A stretch of 64,000 bases of DNA from NCBI GenBank assembly GCA_002269645.1, contig NIVC01001206.1, forward strand, positions 233,850-297,849. Direction: 5' to 3'. A program made the position numbers and the translations under genes. How positions within the stretch are numbered: position 1 is the stretch's first letter; each line of letters opens with the position of its first letter. Below are positions 1 to 11,383 of the stretch, in pieces. The DNA comes from Macrostomum lignano. Taxonomy: Eukaryota. The notes beneath the pieces are model-generated. The model ran no database searches. It was not told the DNA's origin and worked only from the letters and a program-made list of their open reading frames with translations.

Positions 1-337
1 GAGTCAATTTCACCTGCCTAATGTAGCAGGCTAGCAAAAATGGAACTCTGCGAAGACAGCGTGGCATTGCGCTGGCTGTCCGGGATTACCTGGGATCAGG
101 GGAGAGAGCCTCAGTGCAACCAGAGCACACAAATTGCTGCTAGGAGCAATACAGCTCATAAAAATATTGCACTATAATTCAAGGGAAATATTGCGGGTGA
201 GACCTGCATAGAGAGACATAATGTGACTTACAACAGCTGAATTTGTCTGGCAATTAGGGAGCTGTAGTATCCCAGAAATTAGCAGTGCAGCTAATTTATC
301 TCTACTCCACTCTACTCCACTCTACTCCATAACATAT

Positions 338-534
338 TGGCTAGACTAGCAATCCAGCAAGTTGGCTAGATTAGCAATCCAGCAAGTTGGCTAGACTAGC
401 AATCCAGCGAGTTGGCTAGACTAGCAATCCAGCGAGTTGGCTAGACTAGCAATCCAGCGAGTTGGCTAGACTAGCAATCCAGCAAGTTGGCTAGACTAGC
501 AATCCAGCAAGTTGGCTAGACTAGCAATCCAGCA
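338..534. repeat. 25-bp minisatellite (ctagactagcaatccagcaagttgg), ~8 copies, in the BTB gene intron
   Basis: Direct tandem copies starting ~20 nt from the donor site. Confidence 0.95.
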
Positions 535-552
535 CCCTCCGGTCGCACCCAC

Positions 553-1379
553 CTGCCAGCCAGCTCATCCCTCTCGCCCGGCCGCGCCCGCAGCCACCGC
601 ATGAGGCCGGAAAACGCCTGCACCTCGTCGGCGACGTCCAGCCGCTCGGATCGCAGCGCTGCCTCCATCGCCTCGGCCGACAGTTCGGCGAACTCCGGCG
701 CCGCTGACAGCTCGTTGAAGCCGCCGATCAACCGGGCATCGGCGCTGGCCAGCAGGTCGCGCCGGCCCCACCGCTCGGCGGCTGCCCGCGCGGCGACAAT
801 ATCTGCCGGCCTCGCCAGCAGGTGGTTGGCGATGAAGAGGTCGCAGCAGCGGGCCGCCGGCTCGAGCTGCAGAGCGCAGGCGGCGGCGAGCAGCGGCAGG
901 GCGGTGTCGCCCGTCACCCGCAGGCAGCCGGTGTAGCAGAAGTCAACCAAGCTGGTCAGGACAGCCACGGAGGCTTCAGCTTCCGGCGGAAGCGTCATCA
1001 CATTGGATGCCGGCGCAGCTGCCGAAGCTGTCGAGCGGAATAGCGGGCTCCAGCAGGCCAGCACGAGGCGATGGCACGGCACGTCGCCGGCATCCGCCGC
1101 TGCTCCCGCCTCCGATTCGTCCGCTGGCTGCCGCATTGAAGACGACCGCAGCGTCAGGTCGCAGAGGCGGCCGGCCCGTCGCATCGCCCAGAGACTGCGG
1201 AAGCCGAGGTCGCTGTGGCCGGCCAGGCTGCACACTGCGGAGCCGAGCTTCGGGTCGAAGCGGACCAGCAGGCCGGCTGCGGCGGCGGCTGTGGAGGCGC
1301 CAGCCGAAGGGGAAGGCGGCTGCAGTGCCGGCGCTTGTCCTGCTGCTGCTGGCACTGGGCCTTCCAGGTGGACGGACAC
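553..1379 (-). CDS. Internal exon of a BTB/POZ-BACK (Kelch-like family) protein; downstream exons lie left of the window
   Basis: Translation has BTB motifs (LCDLTL, CHRLVLACWSPLF, LVDFCYTG, LLAAACALQL) followed by a BACK region (FAELS..AMEAALRSERLDVADEVQAFSGLMRWL). Bounded by acceptor tcgcAG|GTG at 1380/1379 and donor AG|GTgggt at 553/552. Confidence 0.85.
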
Positions 1380-1629
1380 CTGCGACGCACCGATCGAAGG
1401 AGTGAAGAGCTGCCTGTTTATTTGAGAACCTACTCGTGATTTGTGATGAATTCATTTTGTTATCTCATTTTATATTTTTTCCCACATGCGGTTGAGTAGC
1501 GATACCTGCATGCAGACACTCACACGGGGTGTACAGCGGGCAACCTTGTTGGTTCGATGCTCGATTCTGCACGTCGTCTAATCCAATAACCACACAATAA
1601 GCAAAACTATCATAATTAAGCAGATTTAC

Positions 1630-1697
1630 CTGTCAGGGAGATGCTGCTGATGCTGACTGATGCTCTGATGTTGGCATGGATGAGCCGCCTCCGACAT
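1630..1697 (-). CDS. Possible first coding exon of the BTB gene (MSEAAHPCQHQSISQHQQHLPD)
   Basis: ATG at 1697 and donor AG|GTaaat at 1630/1629. It ends in phase 2, which does not join the phase-0 exon at 1379 directly. Confidence 0.3.
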
Positions 1698-2484
1698 GGC
1701 TCTCTTGATTTATTTCCTTTGTCTCTCAACTCTGTCTCCCTCCCTGTAAAATAGTTCTGTTTTAATCACCGCAGCAGCTGAGGCGGACTGGGATTGGATA
1801 GGACAATTTTTTGCCGGTTTTAAGGGGACGGCAGTGAGGGAGAGAGGGGTGGGGGGCACAGGGAGCAGCAGTACGCGGACGGCTGCAGGCAATGGCTGGA
1901 GCGCTGATGAGGCCAATTACACTAGGGGGAAGAGTGCAGGGGCTGGGATCGGACAGCTCAGCAGAGGTGCGCTGTTGGGGACTGTGGGGATTTTTACAAC
2001 TTACCGTGATGGGGAACCGGCCGAGCCTGGGGTGCCTCTCGGCTGAGGATTCCGCAAGATGGGGAGGGGATGAGGGAAAAAGGGGGACTTAGAGGGGGAT
2101 TAGCGTGCGAGAGATTCTGCCACTAGAGCAGAGGGGATTAGCCCCGCAAGCCGCGGCAGATGGCAGAAATCATGCCGCAAAACATTATTTGCTTTTCTAA
2201 TCCCTTCTCTCTTCCCTTGAGTTTTTCCCTGAATTCGAAATCTCTCTTAGTCTTCTCTATTTACTGAAAACTGCTGGGTATTAACGACTGGAAAAAGTCC
2301 CAACTAATACTGCAAATCCTGGAATTAGACTGGGAGTCCTGTCACAAATCTCCAGGGATCGCTTGCTGTCGCTATGAGAAGAGATTCCTCATGAGCAAAA
2401 AGGCGAAGGTCTTGAGTTAGTCGGTTGAAACTACAAAATCTAGCTATGGTGATAACAAAGAGAATGATAAGAGATTTGGGAAGA

Positions 2485-3050
2485 ACAGGACAGATAGGGG
2501 AAGAATAGGAGAGGGAGATTGGGGAAGAATAGGAGGGAAAATAGGAGAGGGGGAAGAATAGGAGAGGGAAAATAGGAGAGGGGGAAGAATAGGAGGGAGA
2601 TTGGGGAAGAATAGGAGAGGGAGATTCGGGAAAGAATAGGAGAGGGAGATTAGGGGAAGAATAGGAGAGGGAGATTAGGGGAAGAATAGGAGAGGGAGAT
2701 TAGGGGAAGAATAGGAGAGGGAGATTAGGGGAAGAATAGGAGAGGGAGATTGGGGAAGAATAGGAGAGGGAGATTGGGGAAGAATAGGAGAGGGAGATTC
2801 GGGAAAGAATAGGAGAGGGAGATTAGGGGAAGAATAGGAGAGGGAGATTGGGGAAGAATAGGAGAGGGAGATTGGGAAAGAATAGGAGAGGGAGATTGGG
2901 GAAGAATAGGAGAGGGAGATTGGGAAAGAATAGGAGAGGGAGATTAGGGGAAGGATAGGAGAGGGAGATTGGGGAAGAATAGGAGAGGGAGATTAGGGAA
3001 GAATAGGAGAGGGAGATTAGGGAAGAATAGGAGAGTTTAGGAAGAATGGA
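2485..3050. repeat. Purine-rich 23-24 bp minisatellite (gggaagaataggagagggagatt)
   Basis: Direct tandem copies visible. Confidence 0.95.
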
Positions 3051-3552
3051 ACAGTTAAAAGAGTGAGAGTGACGTACAGCTGCATGCCGGAAGCAATATC
3101 AAGTTCAATTTTCGGCTGAGAACGAGCAAGAAAGGGCATCCAGTGGGAGCGAACAGAGAGAAGTATCCATTAAAAGTGCAAAGTAAAGTGCACAAGCTTA
3201 TGCTAGGAAATTGAAGAAGAGGCAAAGCGCCAACGAGAAGAATTTTGAAGCAACAATTTGCAACACTTTAGCCTCGCTGAGGGCTCCTGGCTGCTGTTGG
3301 AGAATTTTCCGTGAGTGACACCCGAGCTGTAGAAGAGAAATCGAGAATATTGAGGAATCCACACCCGACTAAGCAGAGCTTTGTTCAGCCCTTACTGCAA
3401 GTCCTATGCATAGAGGCACAAGGTAGACAAGAAGGGCAAAACTGAGAGCAAACATTGCAGTTCATTTTAACTGCGATTTTTGTTAACTCAACAATTTTGT
3501 TCAGTCAAGTACGGGAAGTCACGTACAATATACGAGTATTCAGACATTCAGA

Positions 3553-4790
3553 GTGCTTTGAACTCCGCTCAGCTCAAAACTGCAGTTGCTTTGAACTCCG
3601 CTCAGCTCAAAACTGCAGTTGCTTTGAATTCTGCTCAGCTCAAAACTGCAGTTGCTTTGAATTCTGCTCAGCTCAAAACTGCAGTTGCTTTTAGCACCGC
3701 TCAGCTCAAAACTGCAGTTGCTTTGAACTCCGCTCAGCTCAAAACTGCAGTGTTTTGAATTCTGCTCAGCTCAAAACTGCAGTTGTTTTGAATTCTGCTC
3801 AGCTCAAAACTGCAGTTGTTTTGAATTCTGCTCAGCTCAAAACTGCAGTTGTTTTGAATTCTGCTCAGCTCAAAACTGCAGTTGTTTTGAATTCTGCTCA
3901 GCTCAAAACTGCAGTTGTTTTGAATTCTGCTCAGCTCAAAACTGCAGTTGCTTTTAGCACCGCTCAGCTCAAAACTGCAGTTGCTTTGAACTCCGCTCAG
4001 CTCAAAACTGCAGTGTTTTGAATTCTGCTCAGCTCAAAACTGCAGTTGTTTTGAATTCTGCTCAGCTCAAAACTGCAGTTGTTTTGAATTCTGCTCAGCT
4101 CAAAACTGCAGTTGTTTTGAATTCTGCTCAGCTCAAAACTGCAGTTGCTTTTAGCACCGCTCAGCTCAAAACTGCAGTTGCTTTGAATTCTGCTCAGCTC
4201 AAAACTGCAGTTGTTTTGAATTCTGCTCAGCTCAAAACTGCAGTTGCTTTTAGCACCGCTCAGCTCAAAACTGCAGTTGCTTTGAACTCCGCTCAGCTCA
4301 AAACTGCAGTTGCTTTGAATTCTGCTCAGCTCAAAACTGCAGTTGCTTTGAACTCCGCTCAGCTCAAAACTGCAGTGTTTTGAATTCTGCTCAGCTCAAA
4401 ACTGCAGTTGCTTTGAATTCTGCTCAGCTCAAAACTGCAGTTGTTTTGAATTCTGCTCAGCTCAAAACTGCAGAGTTGCTTTGAGCTCCGCTCAGCTCAA
4501 AACTGCAGTTGCTTTGAATTCTGCTCAGCTCAAAACTGCAGTTGTTTTGAATTCTGCTCAGCTCAAAACTGCAGAGTTGCTTTGAGCTCCGCTCAGCTCA
4601 AAACTGCAGTTGCTTTGAATTCTGCTCAGCTCAAAACTGCAGTTGTTTTGAATTCTGCTCAGCTCAAAACTGCAGAGTTGCTTTGAGCTCCGCTCAGCTC
4701 AAAACTGCAGTTGCTTTGAATTCTGCTCAGCTCAAAACTGCAGTTGTTTTGAATTCTGCTCAGCTCAAAACTGCAGTTGTTTTGAATTCG
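3553..4790. repeat. 33-bp minisatellite (ttgaattctgctcagctcaaaactgcagttgtt) with 32- and 35-bp variants, ~37 copies
   Basis: Tandem units; the source of the repetitive NSAQLKTAVVL pseudo-ORFs. Confidence 0.95.
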
Positions 4791-5198
4791 AAATCCATAT
4801 TTATACATCTCTGAGTTAATGCAGATAAAAATACTGTTTGAAGAGGGATGCAACGAAAGATGTAATCAGATAGAGAATAAGAACTGCGGTAGAAAAGATG
4901 ATTAGCTGGGGACCAGCAGCAAGAAAGAGATAAAATTGCGGGCTGCCATGCACGGCGGGGATGAGAAGGGAAAAGATGAGCAATCGATGGACGTAGCGGG
5001 AATGACTGCGGTTTTTCTGAATCCCCAAAGACGACACTTGATACAGCTGTCTACGCAGCTGACGTGTTGTTTTTTATCGAAATTCGATAGATCACACAAC
5101 GTGCTTCATCAGAGTAATTTTGTGTGTATACTGTATGCCTTCAAGCTACTGGGAAGTTGCCTTGTTAGTCTTTTAAAATTATATGAATTTTCTTACAA

Positions 5199-6431
5199 TT
5201 GGGTTGTAACAAAAGTTTCGAGCGTTTTTGTACTCAAACCTTGAACTCATTTTCCAGTTCCATCGGAGTTTCTATTACAGGATATAATCACCATCCTGAT
5301 CGATGACCTGTTGCCATCTGGCGATGAGATTGTGGATGCCCTTCTTAAAGAATTCAGGTGGCAGCGACTTGAAGTATTGCTTAAGCCAGGCTTTCACCTC
5401 CTCCTCGTCTTTTAACGTCACACCATTTGTGGTTCTGCATTGGGCAGAACAGGTGGTAGTCTGATGGCGCAAGATCAGGCGAGTATGGAGGGTAGGGCAT
5501 GACTTCCCAGCCCAGCTCGAGCAGCTTCTGTAGTAGTGTCTTCTTCGCCACGTGAGGTCGGGCGTTGTCTTGAAGAAATCGAATTTTTGCGCCAGCGCCC
5601 TGCTGCTTGGCAATAGCCTGGTGCAGTCTATCCAGCTGCTCACAGTAGACATCGGCAGTGATGCTGGTGTTACGAGGCAGAAGCTCCCAGTGGAAAATTC
5701 TACTGGGATTCCACCAGACCACAGCATGACCTTTTGGTGTGGATCAGGTCTGCGCATTGGCTGTGGCTGATCACCCATGCCAAGCCACTGGCGCTTGCGT
5801 GTGATGTTGAAGTAGGCTACCCACTTCTCATCGCCAGTCACCAGGGTATCGAGCCATTCTGGGTTGCGACGACAGGAGTTGGGTGCATGTGATGATGCGC
5901 TAATCTTTGTTCTCAGGTGAAAGTTCGTGTGGAACCCATCGACCAAGCTTGTGTACTTTGCCGATCTGATGAAGGCCGCGGTCTATAATCATGGCAGAGA
6001 CCTTGAAGTACTGTGCCATTTCACGTGTTGTGAGATGTGGCTCACCTTCGACAAGCAGGGCAAGCTGCTGAATATCGAGCTCAGGTGGGCGACCTTGTCT
6101 TGTCTTCGAGTGATTCGTCACCCTTCTTGAACAGCGCGAACCAGGCAAGGCAGCGTTGCTCACTCAGACAGTCCTCGCCATACGCCTGACAAAACTTGCG
6201 ATGCGCCTCAGCTGCTGAGTCGCCCAGCTTGAAGCAGAAAAGTAAAGATGCTCGAATGAGGTGACGTTGATTGTGTTGTTGCGTAGCCATTGTAGTTGAA
6301 GGTTGAGCATAATCCATATGGATAGTAGTGCGCACTGGTCACTCTTATATACCCACATAGAACATTCCAGAAATTTCTCTGGAGAAAGTTCTAGAAGTTT
6401 AAAGAAAACGCTCAAAACCTTTGTTACAACC
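5199..6431 (-). mobile_element. Mariner (DD34D) DNA transposon, degraded
   Basis: TIR gggttgtaacaaaagtttcgagcgtttt at 5201-5228 is inverse to gaaaacgctcaaaacctttgttacaacc at 6404-6431. Internal transposase fragments are present. Confidence 0.9.
5275..6335 (-). pseudogene. Frameshifted mariner transposase
   Basis: Fragments in several frames: HTH (LLFCFKLGDSAAEAHR), GRP, WVPHEL, VTGDEKW, QDNARPH, YPPYSPDLAPSDYHLF. Confidence 0.9.
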
Positions 6432-6437
6432 GGACCG

Positions 6438-6678
6438 GAGTTAGAGCGTCGGACTCACGACTTGAAGGTCGGTGGTTCGATTCTTGATTCACTCGGAACA
6501 ATTTCTGCCCTTGAGCAAGACACTTAACTCTGCATTGCTTCAGTTCACCCAGCTGTAAAATGGGTGCCAGCATTAGCTGGGATAATTGATGGTGTGCGTG
6601 GCAACCTCCCAGTCCTTAGACTGAACAGCCGTACGCAGCCTTTGGATGCGCCGCGCAATAGCTGCGGCTGAGCTGTCG
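6438..6678 (+). mobile_element. tRNA-derived SINE family 1, copy A (5'-truncated, abutting the mariner TIR)
   Basis: B-box ggttcgattc; central ccttgagcaagacacttaac...cagctgtaaaatggg; homologous to 8650-8930 and 63625-63945. Confidence 0.85.
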
Positions 6679-6939
6679 CTTAAAGAGAATTACACAATGT
6701 TAAGAACCAAAACTCTGCTCTCGTCTGATTCCAATAAATTTTATTGAGAAGTCTAAAAAGCATGAACAGAAATCCGCATATTAATTTGTCATTTCTCATA
6801 TAAGAAAGTCGGACTGTAAAATCATTGAAGCATTATCTATCACCAATTATAACTATTACGAAGTAATTATAACTAATAAAATATCTACAATAAGCAAACA
6901 AATTTCATTATTGAAAGCATACGGCTTTATATTGAGTGT

Positions 6940-7570
6940 CAGGGTAGTCTACTTAACTCGTAAGTGTCAGATGAGCCAAATTGAGTGTCAGATGAACTAA
7001 ATTGAGTGTCAGATGAGCTAAATTGAGTGTCAGGATAGCCAAATTAAGTGTCAGATGAGCCAAATTGAGTGTCAGATGAGCCAAATTGAGTGTCAGGATA
7101 GCCAAATTAAGTGTCAGATGAGCCAAATTGAGTGTCAGATAAGCCAAATTGAGTGTCAGATAAGCCAAATTGAGTGTCAGATGAACCAAATTGAGAGTCA
7201 GATGAGCCAAATTTAGAATCAGATGAGCCAAATTTAGAATCAGATGAGCCAAATTTAGAATCAGATGAGCCAAATTTAGAATCATATGAGCCAAATTTAG
7301 AATCATATGAGCCAAATTAAGAATCAGATGAGCCAAATTTAGAATCAGATAAGCCAAATTTAGAATCAGATGAGACAAATTTAGAATCAGATGAGCCAAA
7401 TTGAGTGTCAGGATAGCCAAATTAAGTGTCAGATGAGCTAAATTGAGTGTCAGGATACCCAAAATAAGTGTCAGATGAGCCAAATTGAGGGTCAGATGAA
7501 CAAATTTGACGGTTAGATGAGCCAAATTGAGTGTCAGATGAGTCAAATTGAGAGTCAAATGAGCCAAGAT
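6940..7570. repeat. 21-bp minisatellite (gagccaaattgagtgtcagat / gagccaaatttagaatcagat), ~30 copies, just 3' of ALG1
   Basis: Tandem units in two variant blocks; the source of the LNLAHLT pseudo-ORF. Confidence 0.95.
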
Positions 7571-7707
7571 GAGTGCCCCACCTGACATAGCCCAATAAAA
7601 CCGCAGGAAGTTCAATGCACAGAAAGTTTATTAAAATAACAGACTACTGACAGTAGAATAAAAGGAATATCAGGCTTGCTCCGCCAGCTGATAAAATGCA
7701 GCAGCGG

Positions 7708-10700
7708 CTATCGGAGGGCCCGCACCACCGGCCGTACAATCCTACGCCAGGCTTTCACAAAATTGTCGCCCCTAAACGCGTCCCTAGCACCGCGACGCAG
7801 CCGTTTCAATTCGTCGACAGAAGACGCCTCGGCCGGTCTCAGCAGCTTGGCCAGCTGCTCGGCCAGCTGTTCGCCGCTGTCAAACAGCAGCCCGTTGACG
7901 CCGTGACGAACCAGTTCGCCAATAGCCGGGAAGCGTAGCGCGCAGACTGGCAGGCCGCAGCCGAACATGTCCACCACCTTCATTGGCAAGTCCAGGCCGG
8001 AGCTGCTCGCGTGCAGGCTGACGCCAAGATCGGCCGCGGCCAGCAGTGCGGGATAGTCGGCCGGCTCCAGCCAGGCGGACACCAGGCGGACTGAGCGCCA
8101 GGGCCCGGCCCGGGACAGGTAATAATCGCGCATCGGACCGCGCCCGGTGACCACGCAGAGTAGGTCGGGCAGCGACTGGTCCGACTCGGCCTTGGAATCG
8201 TATCTGCCGGCCAAGGGGGACAGCAGCACTAGTCAGGGAGAGTACTACTATTACTTTAGTAACTGTACTATTGACTAGCAATAAAATAATAGATGCGGTA
8301 CCAGCATGAATACTGTTAGTAGAATAGTATAGTAACAAGAAGCAAGCATAGTGAGGGGTTGTGGCCTAGTGAGGGTTGTGGCCTAGTGAGGGTTGTGGCC
8401 TAGTGAGGGGTTGTGGTCTAGTGAGGGGTTGTGGCCTAGTGAGGGTTGTGGCCTAGTGAGGGGTTGTGGCCTAGTGAGGGTTGTGGCCTAGTGAGGGTTG
8501 TGGCCTAGTGAGGGTTGTGGCCTAGTGAGGGTTGTGGCCTAGTGAGGGTTGTGGCCTAGTGAGGGTTGTGGCCTAGTGAGGGTTGTGGCCTAGTGAGGGT
8601 TGTGGCCTAGTGAGGGTTGTGGTCTAGTGAGGGGTTGTGGCCTAGTGAGTGATAGTAGCGGTTAGAGCGTCGGACTAACGACTTGAAGGTCGGGGGTTCG
8701 ATTCCCGATCCACTAGGAACAATTTGTGTCCTTGAGCCAGACACTCAACTCTGCATTGCTTCAGTTCACCCAGCTGTAAAATGGGTGCCAGCATTAGCTG
8801 GGGTAATTGGTGGGGTAAGTGTGGCGACCCCCCCCCGTCCTTGGTCCCCCCAGCCTTCAGATGCGCCGCGCAATAGCTGCGGTTAAGCTGTCTGTTGCGC
8901 ATCTGGCCTCTAGGACAGGCGTCACCTAGGCGGCAGGGCAGCAGCACCTCACCTATCCAAAGCCTCCATCAGCGGAGCGAAGTCTTCGTCAAGAGTCCAG
9001 CTGGTGCTGGAGACCAGCAGAGCTGGCCGCTCGCCAATCGGCAGGTAGCGGGCGACGCCGTCAACGCCCAGCCGAGTCAGCGGCGTCTCCGCCAGCTGCG
9101 GCACGGGGCCGCCAGGAGCTCCCAGCCGGTCGAATAGGCGATGCGCCGCGGTGGCGTCCGGATTGTCGCTGGCGCGCACGGCGAAGTCCGGGCTGGGCCT
9201 GTCGTGGAAGGCCACGGCGTCGATGCCCCAGCTTTTGCGCAGGTCGCGGCGCATCGCCTCGGTGACGCACAGGTGAGTGTCCGAGCGGAGAAATCTTGAG
9301 GCGAACCCGAGCTCGAGGCTGCGGTAGATTGATCTGCCGGCTCTGCACGAAGGGACAAATGGACACGTAAGCGCATAAGCACTGGGTTTAGGATTTGGAC
9401 TAGGTACTTGGGGATTTGGATCTGCAGATTGAGATTTTGATCGGTAGACTGGGATTTGGATCTGTAGATTGGGATTTGGATCTGTAGATTGGGATTTTGA
9501 TCTGTAGATTGGGATTTTTATCTGTAGATGGGATTTGGATCTGTAGATTGGGATTTTGATCTGTAGATTGGGATTTGGATCGGTAGATTGGGATTTGGAT
9601 CTGTAGATTGGGATTTTGATCTGTAGATTAGGATTTTGATCTGTAGATTGGGATTTGGATCGGTAGATTGGGATTTGGATCTGTAGATTGGGATTTGGAT
9701 CTGTAGATTGGGATTTGGATCTGTAGATTGGGATTTGGATCTGTAGATTGGGATTTGGATCGGTAGACTGGGATTTGGATCTGTAGACTGGGATTCGAAT
9801 CTGGTGATTGGGATTTGGATCTTGTGTTTGGGATTCGAATCTGGTGATTGGGACTTGGATCTGATGGTTGGGATTTGGATCTGATGGTTGGGACTTGGAT
9901 CTGATGGTTGGGATTTGGATCTGATGGTTGGGACTTGGATCTGATGTTTGGGACTTGGATCCCAAACAACCTATGAATTTTTGCACCTGCTCATTAGTAT
10001 CAAATTAAATTTATAGATCCGAGTTTATGACTTGAAGAAACTTTATCGTCAAAACATTCAGCTATTCTTACTCATTAATTGCTCAAAATTTTGCAAACTC
10101 GAAATAGTGACATATTAAGATTGCAAAAATGTTCGAAATTTTTCGTTCGGAAAATTTGAGCTTGTAGTACGTCTCCAACTAATAAAATTTCGAACTTGTT
10201 TGTGAAGCTTCGAGTTTTTAAAGTTTCGAGCTTGTGAAACTTCAAGTTTGTGAAGCTTTGAGCTTGTGTGAAGTTTCGAGCTTTTGAAGCTTTGAGTTTG
10301 TGAAGCTTTGAGCTTGTGAGGCTGCGAGCTTGTAAAGCTTCGAGCTTGTGTGAAGAAAAGCTTCGAGCTTGTGAAGCTTCGACCTTGTGAAGTTTCGAGC
10401 TTGTGAAGCTTCGAGTTTGTGAAGATTCGAGCTTGTGAAGCTTTGAGCTTAGTAAAGTTTCGAGCTTGTGAAGATTCGAGTTTATGAGGCTTCGAGCTTG
10501 TGAAGATTCGAGTTTATGAGGCTTCGAGCTTGTGAAGCTTCGAGCTTGTGAGGCTTCGAGCTTGTGAAGTTTCGAGTCTGTGAGGCTTCGAGCTTGTGAA
10601 ACTTCGAGTCTGTGAGGCTTCGAGCTTGTGAAGTTCCGAGTCTGTGAGGCTTCGAGCTTGTGAAGCTTCGAGCTTGTGAAGCTTCGAGTCCGTGAATGTT

Positions 10701-11136
10701 TGGACCCAGTAACAGCATAAACTGCATACCTGGCCAGAGTCCATCCATAGTTGTGCCAATCAACAATAAGCCGACGCCGACCCAGCCGGCAGATGGCCCA
10801 GGCCACAAGCAGGGCGGGCACAGCTGGCGGCGACTGCACCAGCAGCAGGTCGGAGCGCGGGCGCGCCAACAGGCTGCAGCACAGCAGCACCAGCAGAGCC
10901 AGAAGCTTCAACGGCTGAGCTAGAACTGTTGGCAGACGATCAAGCCAAGCGGGAGCCTGCCGGATGTGCTCAACCTTAATCAGCCGGTGATTGGCCACAG
11001 CGGAGCGGCATGGAGAACCAGAATAACCTAGCAGGGTCACGTGATAGCCAGACTCGGCAAAGCTCAATGCGTGCAACTGCATTCTGGGACTGCGACCCGC
11101 ATCGCCCAGCACTAAGAGTTGAACTGTGGTGGCCAC
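7708..11136 (-). CDS. ALG1: Chitobiosyldiphosphodolichol beta-mannosyltransferase; exons 11136-10730, 9342-8953, 8203-7708; start codon not located
   Basis: Signature motifs VLGDAGRSPRMQLHALS, IVDWHNYG, HLCVTEAM, FHDRP, LLVSSTSWT.DEDF, VVTGRGP, ADLGVSLHASSSGLDLPMKVVDMFGCGLPVCA. GT-AG boundaries join in phase (2,2). Confidence 0.93.
8350..8648. repeat. 17-bp minisatellite (gagggttgtggcctagt), ~17 copies, matching the SINE family 1 head
   Basis: Tandem units run into SINE copy B. The unit matches the 5' end ggggttgtagcctagtg of copy C. Confidence 0.93.
8650..8930 (+). mobile_element. SINE family 1, copy B, in ALG1 intron
   Basis: gttagagcgtcggact...ggttcgattccc head plus the shared central domain. 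Confidence 0.88.
9385..9962. repeat. 20-bp minisatellite (gggatttggatctgtagatt) in ALG1 intron
   Basis: Tandem units ending ~45 nt from the acceptor. Confidence 0.95.
10190..10692. repeat. 16-bp minisatellite (gaagcttcgagcttgt) in ALG1 intron
   Basis: Tandem units starting ~40 nt from the donor. Confidence 0.95.
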
Positions 11137-11230
11137 CTGAAGCAGAGCAGATGGGTCATTCTAGATAATTATGCTTACGTTTGTATTTATAGCATAGTAT
11201 TTACCACACGGACTACTCAAACGCCGGGAT

Positions 11231-11383
11231 GGGAAACTAGGAATTTTTTATGAGGCTGGTCTTTTAGCAGCTGACGAGGCTGGCTGGCTTATTTTCATTA
11301 GAGCGATGCTGCGATACTTTGTTGTCTATGGTTTTTTCTACTGCTGCTAAAAGACCCGCCTTGTAAAAAATTCCCAGTTTCCC
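11231..11383. mobile_element. MITE with ~40-bp TIRs and GGG...CCC ends
   Basis: gggaaactaggaattttttatgaggctggtcttttagcagc is inverse to gctgctaaaagacccgccttgtaaaaaattcccagtttccc. Confidence 0.8.

Noticed and set aside
2640-3030. Telomere-like ttaggg motifs
   Set aside because: They are part of a 23-24 bp unit, not tandem TTAGGG.
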